Shown in pieces: positions 27,927 to 37,399 of a DNA stretch of 64,000 bases. Within the stretch, counting starts at the first letter, position 1. Every line of letters begins with the position of its first letter. Origin of the DNA: an uncultured virus (IMG/VR IMGVR_UViG_3300020439_001801) (taxonomy: Duplodnaviria; Heunggongvirae; Uroviricota; Caudoviricetes); the IMG/VR virus record IMGVR_UViG_3300020439_001801; one strand, given 5' to 3'. The position numbers and the translations under genes are program-made. Below the pieces are notes generated by a model. The model ran no database searches. It was not told the origin of the DNA and saw nothing but the letters and a program-made list of their open reading frames with translations.

Positions 27927-29069
27927 TTATCCTTTTTTCCAACCACCACCAGCGGCTTTGTACTTTTTAGCAGCCCATCCGTTGGCGTATGCTGAAGGAT
28001 AAACCTTAAACTTCTTTTTAGCTTGCGCTTTGTAGTATGCCCATTTAGATGGTTGTGTTGGGATATTTTTTTCAATTAATGGTGTAACTTTATTTCCAAA
28101 TTCTTCTAAGGTATTTATTTCACCAATAGTATCATTGTACATTTGTACAAGCATATTATCTGCCTTTGGTCCAGTTTTAACAAATTGAGTTCCAAAATCT
28201 TTTCTAAACATTTTTACAAAATCTTTTGAATCCTTTGCTTTCTTTGCCATCATATGAATTTTTTTCATCATACCTTCTTTCATTTTCTTCTTACCCTTTT
28301 TACCTTTAGCTTTGTATCCACTTGCAAATGCAGCTCTTCTTTGTGCATCAGATGCGAATCCATCTAAAATGTAATCACCGTCTCTATGTTGAGATATACC
28401 ATCCATACCTTTTAACATATCAGCAGTTAAGTCAACTCCCATTTCTTTTGCTTTATCTTGCAAATCTTTGAATCCAGCTGCTCCACCCTCATCTGATAAT
28501 TTATCTTTGAGAGCTTGTAGTAATTCTTCTGATTCTTCTTTGATTGTAGTAGTAATCGAACCATCAGCGTTTCTACTTGAAACTTTTACTGCTTCTTCTT
28601 TTACTGTACCACCACAACCACCTTCGGTTACTCCACCACAACCACATCCGCAATCACCTTTGGATTCTGCGATACCTAATCTCTGTTTCATCTCATCTTC
28701 AGTAATCTCACCGATTTTGTAGTATCTTGAAAGGATGTTCCCCATATCTTCGTATAGAGTATTCATTCTTTGGTCTAAGTTTCTTGCCTCTTTGGCAACT
28801 TTATCAAATTGTGAACCTAACTTAGTTAGTTCACTCATATTTCTTTTTATAGTATGTTTATCAAACCAATCATCAGCTTCTCTTAGAGCAAGTTCTCTAG
28901 CAGCTTCTGTGATACCACCTAAAGTTTCAGCAACTTCAATGATATCAGATTTTCTATCCATTGATTCTTGATATTTGTTGTATGTAGAAACGATTTCTAA
29001 GAAGTGTTTTTTAACTTCGTTAGATAATCCTCTATCTTCTGATTCTTTAAGTATATCTGTTAGTTTCAT
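27927..29069 (-). CDS. Modular putative internal head protein
   Basis: MKLTDILKE N-terminus, helical domain, CGCGCGG, FASDAQRRAAFA and C-terminal YPSAYANGW..K.YK..GG.W module. AAGGAG RBS. Confidence 0.75.
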   Translation of the reverse strand: MKLTDILKESEDRGLSNEVKKHFLEIVSTYNKYQESMDRKSDIIEVAETLGGITEAARELALREADDWFDKHTIKRNMSELTKLGSQFDKVAKEARNLDQRMNTLYEDMGNILSRYYKIGEITEDEMKQRLGIAESKGDCGCGCGGVTEGGCGGTVKEEAVKVSSRNADGSITTTIKEESEELLQALKDKLSDEGGAAGFKDLQDKAKEMGVDLTADMLKGMDGISQHRDGDYILDGFASDAQRRAAFASGYKAKGKKGKKKMKEGMMKKIHMMAKKAKDSKDFVKMFRKDFGTQFVKTGPKADNMLVQMYNDTIGEINTLEEFGNKVTPLIEKNIPTQPSKWAYYKAQAKKKFKVYPSAYANGWAAKKYKAAGGGWKKG

Positions 29070-29077
29070 ATCTCTCC

Positions 29078-29293
29078 TTATTTAATCTTTTTACCTCTCT
29101 TAATATCTCTTTGTAAATCCATAAGAGCGTTGATTTGGTCTTGTATTGCTTGTTCTAAACTTACAGTTCTATATTTGGCTTGTTTTCTAACAGCCAACAT
29201 AGCAATTCTTTTTTCTTCAGTAGAAGGTCCTTCGTTAAGTCCTAACTCTTCCAATACTTTCTTTTGTTCAATAATATCTTTTAACTTTATCAT
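29078..29293 (-). CDS. Small putative internal head protein
   Basis: MIKLKDIIE N-terminus and an LNE site. Confidence 0.7.
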   Translation of the reverse strand: MIKLKDIIEQKKVLEELGLNEGPSTEEKRIAMLAVRKQAKYRTVSLEQAIQDQINALMDLQRDIKRGKKIK

Positions 29294-29294
29294 C

Positions 29295-30554
29295 TTAACT
29301 TTTCCTCTTCAGTTGTTTGTGAACATCTTTGATTCTATCAATAAGATTTTCTAAATGGTCCATTGCCTCAAGAACACCATCTTCTTCTAAAGATTCAAGT
29401 GCTTCTGAAAAATCAATTTTTGCAACACCTGCTAAGTTTTTTAAATCTCTTTCAAGTTTTTTGTGTTTACCTTCTGGTAACATACTATTTAATCTCATTG
29501 ATGATTCATTTTTTTCATCATCAAATACTGATTGTATCTTAGCTGCTAATTTTGGCATTCCTTTCATTTTAGCAACATATGCAATTGAATCTAATGCATC
29601 TCTACCAGCCCAACCAGATTCTTGAGCTGCAGCTTGTCCTAATTCATCGGTTTCATCTGTTGAATCTCCATACTTAGAACCCCATGCAGTTCCCTTTTGC
29701 CACTCTTCATAACCAGGATCACCCAAATCAGGTTTGTTAGGGTCATCAGCTGGATTCTTTGCTAACTCTGGATTATCTTCTATGATTGCGATTAACTTTC
29801 TTGCTTCTGAATGGAAGTTTGAATCAGTTAGTGCTTCATGTGCAGCTTGTACGATTTTAAGAGTAAACTCTTCCTTACCAATTTTCTTAGGGTCTAATCC
29901 TACTTTTTTAGCTACCTCTAATGCTTTTTTATTTACTTGAGGATTTCCTGCTCGTCCACCAGTTGAATCTTTTGGTTCTGATTTAGGTTCTTCTTTGGCT
30001 CCTAATTCTTTTGAATATTTTTTAGCCAATTTCTTAGCATATTCAATAGCATCAGATTGATTATCAAATTCTTCTATATCACCATCCTTACCAAAATCAT
30101 CACCATATGGATTTTCTATACTAACCTTATATGTATCATCATCTTTACCAATGAAAAGTGAAGTTTCTCTATCATTTTCGCCAAATGCAAATTCAATATC
30201 ATCATTACTATTCACATCAGCCGTACCATCTATACCAATTGATTTTGAAATTTCATCTCCAATTTGGTTAGCATCAAAATTAGGTTCATCTTTATCTTTT
30301 TCACCGGCAGAAGAGTCACCTCCCTTCGCTGCCTTATCTTTATTGAATATGTTTACCTTCGGTTTATCTGTTGGGTCTTTTACTGCACCATCCTTATCAT
30401 CTTTTCTTTTTTCGTGAGTACCAGCTTTGATTGCGGCATCTCTTGCTGCTTTTGATTTAAATACTGATGTTGTACCAGTTTCTTTACTTGTAGCAGTAAA
30501 TACATCTGCTTCAGTAATCGGTTTTAAATCTATTAATCCACCTAATTTTATCAT
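29295..30554 (-). CDS. Putative internal head protein
   Basis: MIKLGGL...ITE N-terminus, highly charged, coupled to the protease gene. Confidence 0.7.
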   Translation of the reverse strand: MIKLGGLIDLKPITEADVFTATSKETGTTSVFKSKAARDAAIKAGTHEKRKDDKDGAVKDPTDKPKVNIFNKDKAAKGGDSSAGEKDKDEPNFDANQIGDEISKSIGIDGTADVNSNDDIEFAFGENDRETSLFIGKDDDTYKVSIENPYGDDFGKDGDIEEFDNQSDAIEYAKKLAKKYSKELGAKEEPKSEPKDSTGGRAGNPQVNKKALEVAKKVGLDPKKIGKEEFTLKIVQAAHEALTDSNFHSEARKLIAIIEDNPELAKNPADDPNKPDLGDPGYEEWQKGTAWGSKYGDSTDETDELGQAAAQESGWAGRDALDSIAYVAKMKGMPKLAAKIQSVFDDEKNESSMRLNSMLPEGKHKKLERDLKNLAGVAKIDFSEALESLEEDGVLEAMDHLENLIDRIKDVHKQLKRKS

Positions 30555-31135
30555 GATAATTCCGTTATTATTTCTCTTATTAAATCGTGTGCTTTACAAT
30601 AATCTCCACAAACTTCCTCAGTAACATATTGTTTAGATTCGTTCATCGGAGTCATAAATGCACCATGCGTAGACGGGTTGGATACAAAATCCCAACCTAT
30701 TAGTTCGAAATCATCACCAACAGTTACACCACCATTATTTCTTGGTTCTACTGAACCCATACCTCTTGATGAGATACCTAATAGAATACCAGCTTTTAAC
30801 AATTCTTTAAGAATGTTACCAGATGGTGTTGGAAGGATTTCAACAGTTCCCATCAAATCATTTCCTTCCCAATGGATTTCTCTAACGTTGTGTGATACGT
30901 TCTTTAAATTTATTACAGAAGATTCTGGATGGTCTAACTCACCCAATGCTCTTCTTTCTTTAATGAGAGTTTCATACTTCTTAGCTTCTCTCATTAGAAT
31001 TTCTTTAGGATAGACTCTTTCGTTTTGGTTAGGCGCTTCAGCTCTCTGTAAGATTCCCTTTACGATAGTTCTACCTGATGAATCTTCGTTTATTTTACCT
31101 TCGAATAATTGTGTTTCTATAAGTAAATTTTTCAT
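30551..31135 (-). CDS. Prohead core protease (T4 gp21-like)
   Basis: N.N.RVYP, ALGELDHP, VSH, GISSRGMGS and D.VS.PS motifs. Start likely MKNLLIE at 31135 (TAATG overlap). Confidence 0.95.
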   Translation of the reverse strand: MKNLLIETQLFEGKINEDSSGRTIVKGILQRAEAPNQNERVYPKEILMREAKKYETLIKERRALGELDHPESSVINLKNVSHNVREIHWEGNDLMGTVEILPTPSGNILKELLKAGILLGISSRGMGSVEPRNNGGVTVGDDFELIGWDFVSNPSTHGAFMTPMNESKQYVTEEVCGDYCKAHDLIREIITELS

Positions 31136-31323
31136 TATGCTCCCCAACTTCTACGTTTTTTAAATAATTCAAAAAATATTGCTGAAACCTCTTGTCTGAT
31201 AATCTTACGAATCTTATCTTCATCTTCGTTAGTTACCTCTTCGTTCATAAGAAAAATATCGACACCATATTTGTGGTTATCGATTTCTTCTTTAACGATT
31301 TGTTTCAACCTTTCTATTTTCAT
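31135..31323 (-). CDS. Small hypothetical head-associated protein
   Basis: LKQIVKEE and IRKIIRQE motifs. Coupled to the protease gene. Confidence 0.7.
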   Translation of the reverse strand: MKIERLKQIVKEEIDNHKYGVDIFLMNEEVTNEDEDKIRKIIRQEVSAIFFELFKKRRSWGA

Positions 31324-31326
31324 TTT

Positions 31327-31521
31327 TTAACCTTTTTTTTCACCTTTGCCCTTCCAAGCAGAATCGATTTTGTTAAAAAATGCTTTCTTTTCTTCATCAG
31401 ACATTTGAGGAATAGATTTACCAGATTTTTTCAATGCCTTAGCAAAGAATTTCTGATATTCTGTTTCTTCTCTCAATACATCTTTTATAATTTCTTTTAA
31501 TCTTTCCTTTGATATTTTCAT
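31327..31521 (-). CDS. Small head-associated protein (reminiscent of T4 prohead core small proteins)
   Basis: LKEIIKDVLREE followed by YQKFF.KALKK.G....MSDEEKK.FFN.ID..W. Confidence 0.7.
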   Translation of the reverse strand: MKISKERLKEIIKDVLREETEYQKFFAKALKKSGKSIPQMSDEEKKAFFNKIDSAWKGKGEKKG

Positions 31522-31976
31522 TGGTCTAACTCCTTTATACTATTAACAATATTAATTAACCTTTCCTTTATCTTATAAATATGAGTATTTGTTCTTTTCC
31601 AATACTTATCTTTGTTTAACTCATTCATAGAACGAATCTTATTGTACCATCTAAAGAACATCTCAACTTCAGCTAATTGATATTTTAATTCTTTTAATCC
31701 TAAAGCTAATTTATGATTTGGAGTTTTCGTTTCATCATTCTTCAACTCTAACCATCTATTTACAGGTCTTTTTATCTTCTTACTTTCGCCTACAATCCTA
31801 TATCCCATTTGTTGAGCTATTCTTTTTCTCTTTTCTTTGTTCTTCTTTTTCTTACCAGTAAAAGCGTAGGGAGTATCGAAGCCATCAATATTGGCTGTTG
31901 TAGTTACCTCTTCCAACTCTTCTTCCATTTCCTGAACAAGATTACGAATATATTCTTTAAGCTTTGTTTCTAACAT
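31518..31976 (-). CDS. Hypothetical head-associated protein
   Basis: LKEYIRNLVQE N-terminus and LEE.TTT....G..TPYAF motif. Confidence 0.7.
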   Translation of the reverse strand: MLETKLKEYIRNLVQEMEEELEEVTTTANIDGFDTPYAFTGKKKKNKEKRKRIAQQMGYRIVGESKKIKRPVNRWLELKNDETKTPNHKLALGLKELKYQLAEVEMFFRWYNKIRSMNELNKDKYWKRTNTHIYKIKERLINIVNSIKELDQ

Positions 31977-32832
31977 TTTTTATTTCACTAATCAATTCAT
32001 ATGCTATCATCATAGCAGAAACCTGATTGTCTGAAACTACCCTACCAATTTTTGTTTTTCTCAAAACATTGATAGTTTCTTTTAACTTTATTTTCGTAAC
32101 CTTATCTTTAACCTCTTTATGTTGTTTTACCAACTGAGTAATGACTTCTTTGAGTTGTTGAGTATAGTATTCTGTAAATTTGGAAGTATTACTTACATTA
32201 TTAATGTAATTTTTTAACAATGCTTTTTGAGATTCATTTAATTTTTGATGTTTTTTATTGAAAGTTTCTAACAATACTTTATATGTTAAGAATCTTTCTT
32301 CTTTATTCTGAGTTTTAAACTCTGAAATTGTTTTATCCTCAACAAGTTGTGCTTTATTTTCTAATTCACCACCTATTAAGTTTTCTACGATAGTGTACTT
32401 TGAATTAAATACATCTTTTATATCGTAATTTTCTTTGTTTTGAGATTCAAATATTTTATAAATGGAAGCCATCACCTTATAGTTTGTAATTGGTGATGAT
32501 AAAAATTGATTAATATCAAAAGATTCTTGAATTTTTTTAACTAAATTGTATTTTTCTTTAGTTAACTTTTTTATATCAATTCTTTTTCTAGCTTCTAAGA
32601 TAGTATCAATAAATTTTTCTGCTCTACTCTCTGATTTATACTTTTCTTCAGAAAGCATTTGATATAATCTTAGTTCTTTTCCTAATTCTGTTCTATTACT
32701 ATAAAATTCTTTGAGAATTTTTTGTGCGTGTTCTTTATTATCTCCGTTTAAGACTTCAAAAGTTATCTGTCTGACCAATAGCTCAAACAAAATTCCGGTA
32801 TTCTTAAACTTACTGTGTTTAATTTTTTTCAT
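31957..32832 (-). CDS. Hypothetical helical protein between portal and protease
   Basis: 291 aa ORF, KH.K.KNTGILFELL N-terminus, promoter motif upstream. Confidence 0.75.
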   Translation of the reverse strand: MKKIKHSKFKNTGILFELLVRQITFEVLNGDNKEHAQKILKEFYSNRTELGKELRLYQMLSEEKYKSESRAEKFIDTILEARKRIDIKKLTKEKYNLVKKIQESFDINQFLSSPITNYKVMASIYKIFESQNKENYDIKDVFNSKYTIVENLIGGELENKAQLVEDKTISEFKTQNKEERFLTYKVLLETFNKKHQKLNESQKALLKNYINNVSNTSKFTEYYTQQLKEVITQLVKQHKEVKDKVTKIKLKETINVLRKTKIGRVVSDNQVSAMMIAYELISEIKNVRNKA

Positions 32833-32868
32833 TTTACTTCCTAATTTGATAGAATACTAAATCTCTAT

Positions 32869-32877
32869 TATAAATAT
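32869..32877 (-). promoter_or_regulatory. Putative late promoter ATATTTATA
   Basis: Intergenic, upstream of 32832. Confidence 0.7.
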
Positions 32878-32898
32878 AAAAATATTTATTAAAGAGAA

Positions 32899-34629
32899 TT
32901 ATTCCTCTATAATGTTACTTTCATCCAACATATCTGTCTCTTTCAGAAACTTTCGTTTTGATGAAACACCATTAACTATACTCTTAATTTTATCAGATGA
33001 TAACCTGGTTTCCTTTTTCAACGCATCTCTACGTTCTTTATCCCCAAGAGGGTCTCTACCATAAGGATGTTTGTCTTTCTTATAAGTATTACCTTCTCTC
33101 GGTCTACCACCTTTATTTTTTAACTCACTTTTAAGATTTTCCAAAGATTCTTCAACATCCATAGCTTCCTCATCTTCTTTAGCTGGGTCATTACCCTCAT
33201 CTTCGATTGAACGGAATCTGTATCTATCCTTTAAATCTTCAATCATAGTTTCTCTTTGCTTATCAGATTCACCTCTACTCAATTTAAAGATATTATCATA
33301 TACCCATTCCTTAGATAACATATTCAACCCTTGAATATCTTGTGCTAATCTAATTTTTTCACTCCAAAGATTTACTTTTTCTTGCTCATATATCATTGAT
33401 GGGTTGACCAATCCTAATTCAAAGTTAGTCAACTCTGCATCTGTAATACCTTGTGAATATAAGTGAACGATTGCAATCTTTGTTAACTCAGAAATTACAA
33501 TTCTTTGGATTCTTTCGATTGTTCTTGCGAATCTAACATCTTCAGCTGCTAATGTTGCCTTACCATTAACCTGCTCTTCATATCCTAAATAAGCTTTTGG
33601 TATTTTAAGAGCGGCGAATAGTTTGTTTTTAAGATAATCGATATCTTCAATGTTACTAAACTCTAAACCTGATAGGTTTTCAATGTTAGTACCACTATCA
33701 CCACCTCTAACTGGTAGGTAAAAATCTTCTGTAAGGTTTTGTATATTGTATTTTAGGTTGTAATCACCTGTATTTTGGTCAACAAAAGGAATCTTCTTCA
33801 TTTTGTTAATGATTCTTTGCATATAGTTATCCACTTCGTTTGGTGGAATGTTACCTATATCAATTTTGAACACTCTCTTTTCAGGTGCTCTCATAATTCT
33901 ATGAATCAACATAGCATCTTCCATCAAAGATAATTGTTTCCATAATCTTCTACCATTTTCAATCATAGCTTTACCATATGGTAGGAAGTTTGTATCTGCT
34001 AACAATCTAAAGTGTGCTATTTCGAAGTTATCGTAATCCACTTTACCTAATGCATCATCTTCTACGTGGAATTTTACAAAGTTTGGATTGTTAGGGTCTG
34101 TATTTTCTAATCTTTCTGTATTATAAACTGATAAAGGAGTTACGTTTACAATACCTTTACCCTCAGCCATCTCCAATGAAAGGAAGAAATCTCCATATTT
34201 ACACATATTTCTTACCCAAGGCCAAAGATTGAACTCAATATTTAGTACATCATAGAATAAGTTGTTTAGAATCTGTTGTACTTGCTCATTCGATGAACGA
34301 ACTGTAAGAATATCACCATATTCGTTCTTTAGTGTTGATTCATCAGCGTATATATCTAATGCTGATGCCAAAATAGGGTCATTATCCATCGCATCATAAT
34401 CTCTGAATAATTCTCTACGAACTTGTTGGTATGCCATTGATTGGGCTGCACCTGCTGATTCGTAAAATCCTTTTTGTAATTTTGTGTATCGGTCTCTTAA
34501 ATGAGATAAGTTTGTTTTTTGTCTCATATCGACATCAGAAACTTTCCTTCTACCTTTAGCATCGACTCTAACGACTGCTTGTGTAGCGAATAGTTTTCTT
34601 AATCTACCGAAAAATGAAGTATCTGCCAT
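32899..34629 (-). CDS. Portal protein (T4 gp20-like)
   Basis: QL.LMEDAMLI.RI.RAPE.RVF.ID.GN.P, EDFYLP.RG..SGT.I..L.G and DI.YL..KL..AL.IP motifs. Confidence 0.97.
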   Translation of the reverse strand: MADTSFFGRLRKLFATQAVVRVDAKGRRKVSDVDMRQKTNLSHLRDRYTKLQKGFYESAGAAQSMAYQQVRRELFRDYDAMDNDPILASALDIYADESTLKNEYGDILTVRSSNEQVQQILNNLFYDVLNIEFNLWPWVRNMCKYGDFFLSLEMAEGKGIVNVTPLSVYNTERLENTDPNNPNFVKFHVEDDALGKVDYDNFEIAHFRLLADTNFLPYGKAMIENGRRLWKQLSLMEDAMLIHRIMRAPEKRVFKIDIGNIPPNEVDNYMQRIINKMKKIPFVDQNTGDYNLKYNIQNLTEDFYLPVRGGDSGTNIENLSGLEFSNIEDIDYLKNKLFAALKIPKAYLGYEEQVNGKATLAAEDVRFARTIERIQRIVISELTKIAIVHLYSQGITDAELTNFELGLVNPSMIYEQEKVNLWSEKIRLAQDIQGLNMLSKEWVYDNIFKLSRGESDKQRETMIEDLKDRYRFRSIEDEGNDPAKEDEEAMDVEESLENLKSELKNKGGRPREGNTYKKDKHPYGRDPLGDKERRDALKKETRLSSDKIKSIVNGVSSKRKFLKETDMLDESNIIEE

Positions 34630-34658
34630 TTGTATTTGCTTTAATTATATAACCTTTA

Positions 34659-35063
34659 TTACCAAGCTCTACAACTCCAATATCTAGCCTTATGTCTTGG
34701 ACCAGGATTATCACAGTTGTGTCTTGCTCTGAATGCTTTTCTTCGGGCCGGGTCTGATTTTTTAATTCTCATTGTTTTTTCACCACCCTTACCTTTGTGT
34801 CCGAAGTTCACCTTCACCACATTTCCTTGTGGATTTTTAACATAAACTTTGAATTTTTTAACATCACCTCTTGTTGGTTTACCCAATTTAACTTTTCTAC
34901 CTTGATATTCGGCTTCATTTACATCAGGTTTGTAATATTTTAAATATTCAATAAGTTCTTTAATGTCTTGTTCGTTCACTACATCATATTCTTCAACCTC
35001 TTCGGCTTCATTTCTGATAATGTTTAAGTGATTACTGTATAATGCTTTTGTTATATCATCCAT
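34659..35063 (-). CDS. Hypothetical protein with acidic leader and basic Cys/His C-terminal domain
   Basis: VNE/AEYQGRKV...V.FG...RR.AFRARH.C.......ARYWSC..W. AAGGAG RBS. Confidence 0.8.
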   Translation of the reverse strand: MDDITKALYSNHLNIIRNEAEEVEEYDVVNEQDIKELIEYLKYYKPDVNEAEYQGRKVKLGKPTRGDVKKFKVYVKNPQGNVVKVNFGHKGKGGEKTMRIKKSDPARRKAFRARHNCDNPGPRHKARYWSCRAW

Positions 35064-35079
35064 AATTAACTCCTTACAC

Positions 35080-35088
35080 TATAAATAT
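35080..35088 (-). promoter_or_regulatory. Putative late promoter ATATTTATA
   Basis: Intergenic, upstream of 35063 and the portal gene. Confidence 0.7.
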
Positions 35089-35102
35089 ATAATTTTTAAT
35101 TA

Positions 35103-36683
35103 TTACCTAATTAACCAAGTCAAATCCTCATCGGTATCACCAACCTTTTGTGTCCAAGGGTTTCTATCCAATGAACTACCACCGCCATAGACACCTTGTC
35201 CATGTGTTTGTTGTCCAATACTACCCAAAGCTTGTTTTGTTAAATCAATACCTTCCTGTCTTAATCTCAAAGCGGTATCTCTAACCCACAATCCGATTGC
35301 GAATGACATAGTTAAATCATCATTATAACCTTTCATTGCCTCAGCTCTGTTTCCACTCCATATAAATGTAAATAATTCATCTATAAGTCGTGATGAACGA
35401 ACCATACAAGATTTTTCTCTGAAATAATCATCTAATTTAGATATAATCAGAGGTCTTGTCTTAGATGTAGTACTAAAACCAGCTATCATACCTCTTTCTT
35501 CTCTTCGATATTTGTTTGTCATCTGATTTTCTACATCTACATATTTTAAATCCTTACTCATATAAAATAAGTTAGGATATGCTCTATCAATTACTTGTTG
35601 GATTACTGCCCAACCTATATTTGCGTTTTCAACTACTAATAATGCGTTGTTATACTCAGTTGCTAATGCAACTAAGAAGTTTCCAAAGTCTTTTGTATCT
35701 AATTTACCTTTATACTCAGCTACTTGTGAAGCTTGTTCAACATCAAAGACGTGACAAGCAGAGTAATCTGTTGAATCTCCTCTAGCTACATCCGCTACAA
35801 CCATATAACTTTTGTTGTAATCAGGATATTCCCACTTCCAAAGGTTTCCATCGAATCCAGTCTTTTCAATTGGTTCTTGTATATGTGTTTCTTTATAGAA
35901 CATAAGAAGTTGAGGGTCAATTACAGTATCACCAGAAGAAACGAAATCACAATCACATTCTTGTGCTGCTCCTTTTGGTCCTAATAGTTTTTCTTGCTCA
36001 TCTCTCCAACTTTGGTCTCTTTCAGGGTGTACACTCCAATGTAATCTAATTGTATTGAATCCATTTTCCTCTTCTTCTGCTCCCACCCATGTCTTATGAA
36101 AGAAGTTTCCTACACCATTTGGTGTTGAAAGGATAACTGCACTACCACCAGTAGATAAGGTAGATTGAGCTGATACCCATATATCTTCAATCTTATCAAT
36201 AAACGCTGCCTCATCAAATACTAATAAGGATAATGCTTCAGAACGTCCAGCATCACCAGCTGCTGATGTTGCTTTTATCTGAGAACCATTTGAGTATCTC
36301 AAAGATAGTTTGTTATCTTCTATAGCAGTTTGTTTTAACCAAGATGGTAAGTTATCATTCATATATCTTACCTTTGTAACTAAGTTCTTAGCTACCTCTT
36401 GTTTAGTTGCGATAACTAATACATTAAAATCTGAATTGAATAGCATTTTCCAAAGAGAAAACCCAGCTACCAAAGTTGATATACCAGTTTGTCTTGATTT
36501 GAGAACTATGTTGTATCTGTTCTCATCAAATTGTGTAAGAGTTCTTTCTTGGAATTGAAATAAATGAAAAGGTATCTTTCCCCTAACAGGATGTTGGATA
36601 TAACAATACTTCTTCATAAAGTGTATCGGGTCTTTCGCACACTTCTGATATTCAATCTTAATTATTTCTTTTAAACTAGCCAC
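35103..36683 (-). CDS. Terminase large subunit (T4 gp17-like)
   Basis: Walker A KSRQTGIST, Walker B LVFDEAAF, coupling motif STPNG, nuclease DVARG..D and DD..M motifs. Confidence 0.97.
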   Translation of the reverse strand: MASLKEIIKIEYQKCAKDPIHFMKKYCYIQHPVRGKIPFHLFQFQERTLTQFDENRYNIVLKSRQTGISTLVAGFSLWKMLFNSDFNVLVIATKQEVAKNLVTKVRYMNDNLPSWLKQTAIEDNKLSLRYSNGSQIKATSAAGDAGRSEALSLLVFDEAAFIDKIEDIWVSAQSTLSTGGSAVILSTPNGVGNFFHKTWVGAEEEENGFNTIRLHWSVHPERDQSWRDEQEKLLGPKGAAQECDCDFVSSGDTVIDPQLLMFYKETHIQEPIEKTGFDGNLWKWEYPDYNKSYMVVADVARGDSTDYSACHVFDVEQASQVAEYKGKLDTKDFGNFLVALATEYNNALLVVENANIGWAVIQQVIDRAYPNLFYMSKDLKYVDVENQMTNKYRREERGMIAGFSTTSKTRPLIISKLDDYFREKSCMVRSSRLIDELFTFIWSGNRAEAMKGYNDDLTMSFAIGLWVRDTALRLRQEGIDLTKQALGSIGQQTHGQGVYGGGSSLDRNPWTQKVGDTDEDLTWLIR

Positions 36684-37399
36684 TAATCTTTTTTACCTAA
36701 TTTCCAATACATAGAACCACCAATAAATGGTTCTAATTTAGAATTACCAGTAAGATTGTCTTGTATTTGGTTGGAAACACCTAAATCTATACTAAACATT
36801 TTTTGTTTTTTAGTTTTTAGTAATAAACTACCTCTAAGGTTGTTTATGAAGTTAGGTTTATCAAATGCTCCACCAAATCCTAAGTACCATTCGTTTTTTG
36901 GTAACTCTTTTACAATTGTTGTGTTGTAAACAGTTGGAATTTTGAAAGCCCATTCGATTTCTCTTGATTGTATGGAGTTTTGTGATATTACATCAGTTAA
37001 AATACCAAATCCTAAATCACCCGATGGTTTGTTTCCAGCTGAATCTGTAACTTCATCAGGAAAATCGTATGCCAATTGTAAAGTATCAACAACTTTGTAA
37101 GATGCAAAATAATCTTGTATGATTTTTAGTGTATCTACATCAATTGGTATCTCTACTTCTTTGATTACTTCCTTTGTAATATATCTTGGTATATATTTTT
37201 CAATATACACTTCTTTTTCTACAACTACAGTATCTACTTTCTGTTCTAACAATTCGAATTGTTCTCCATCAACTTCAACAAGTTCCTTGTCTCCGTTATA
37301 ATTTGTACCACATCCTCTTAAAAATAGGATGATTCCAATCAAGAGTAGAATTAATAATTCTCTCCATCGTTTTAGTATTAAACTAAAGAATATGCTCAT
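36683..37399 (-). CDS. Membrane-anchored hypothetical protein (possible lysis accessory)
   Basis: N-terminal hydrophobic helix followed by GC. Amphipathic beta-strand C-terminus. Confidence 0.6.
   Translation of the reverse strand: MSIFFSLILKRWRELLILLLIGIILFLRGCGTNYNGDKELVEVDGEQFELLEQKVDTVVVEKEVYIEKYIPRYITKEVIKEVEIPIDVDTLKIIQDYFASYKVVDTLQLAYDFPDEVTDSAGNKPSGDLGFGILTDVISQNSIQSREIEWAFKIPTVYNTTIVKELPKNEWYLGFGGAFDKPNFINNLRGSLLLKTKKQKMFSIDLGVSNQIQDNLTGNSKLEPFIGGSMYWKLGKKD

Noticed and set aside
27926..28075. N-terminal extension of the 672-aa ORF
   Set aside because: It overlaps the C-terminal module of 27927..29069. The ATG at 27925 right after that stop is the more plausible start.
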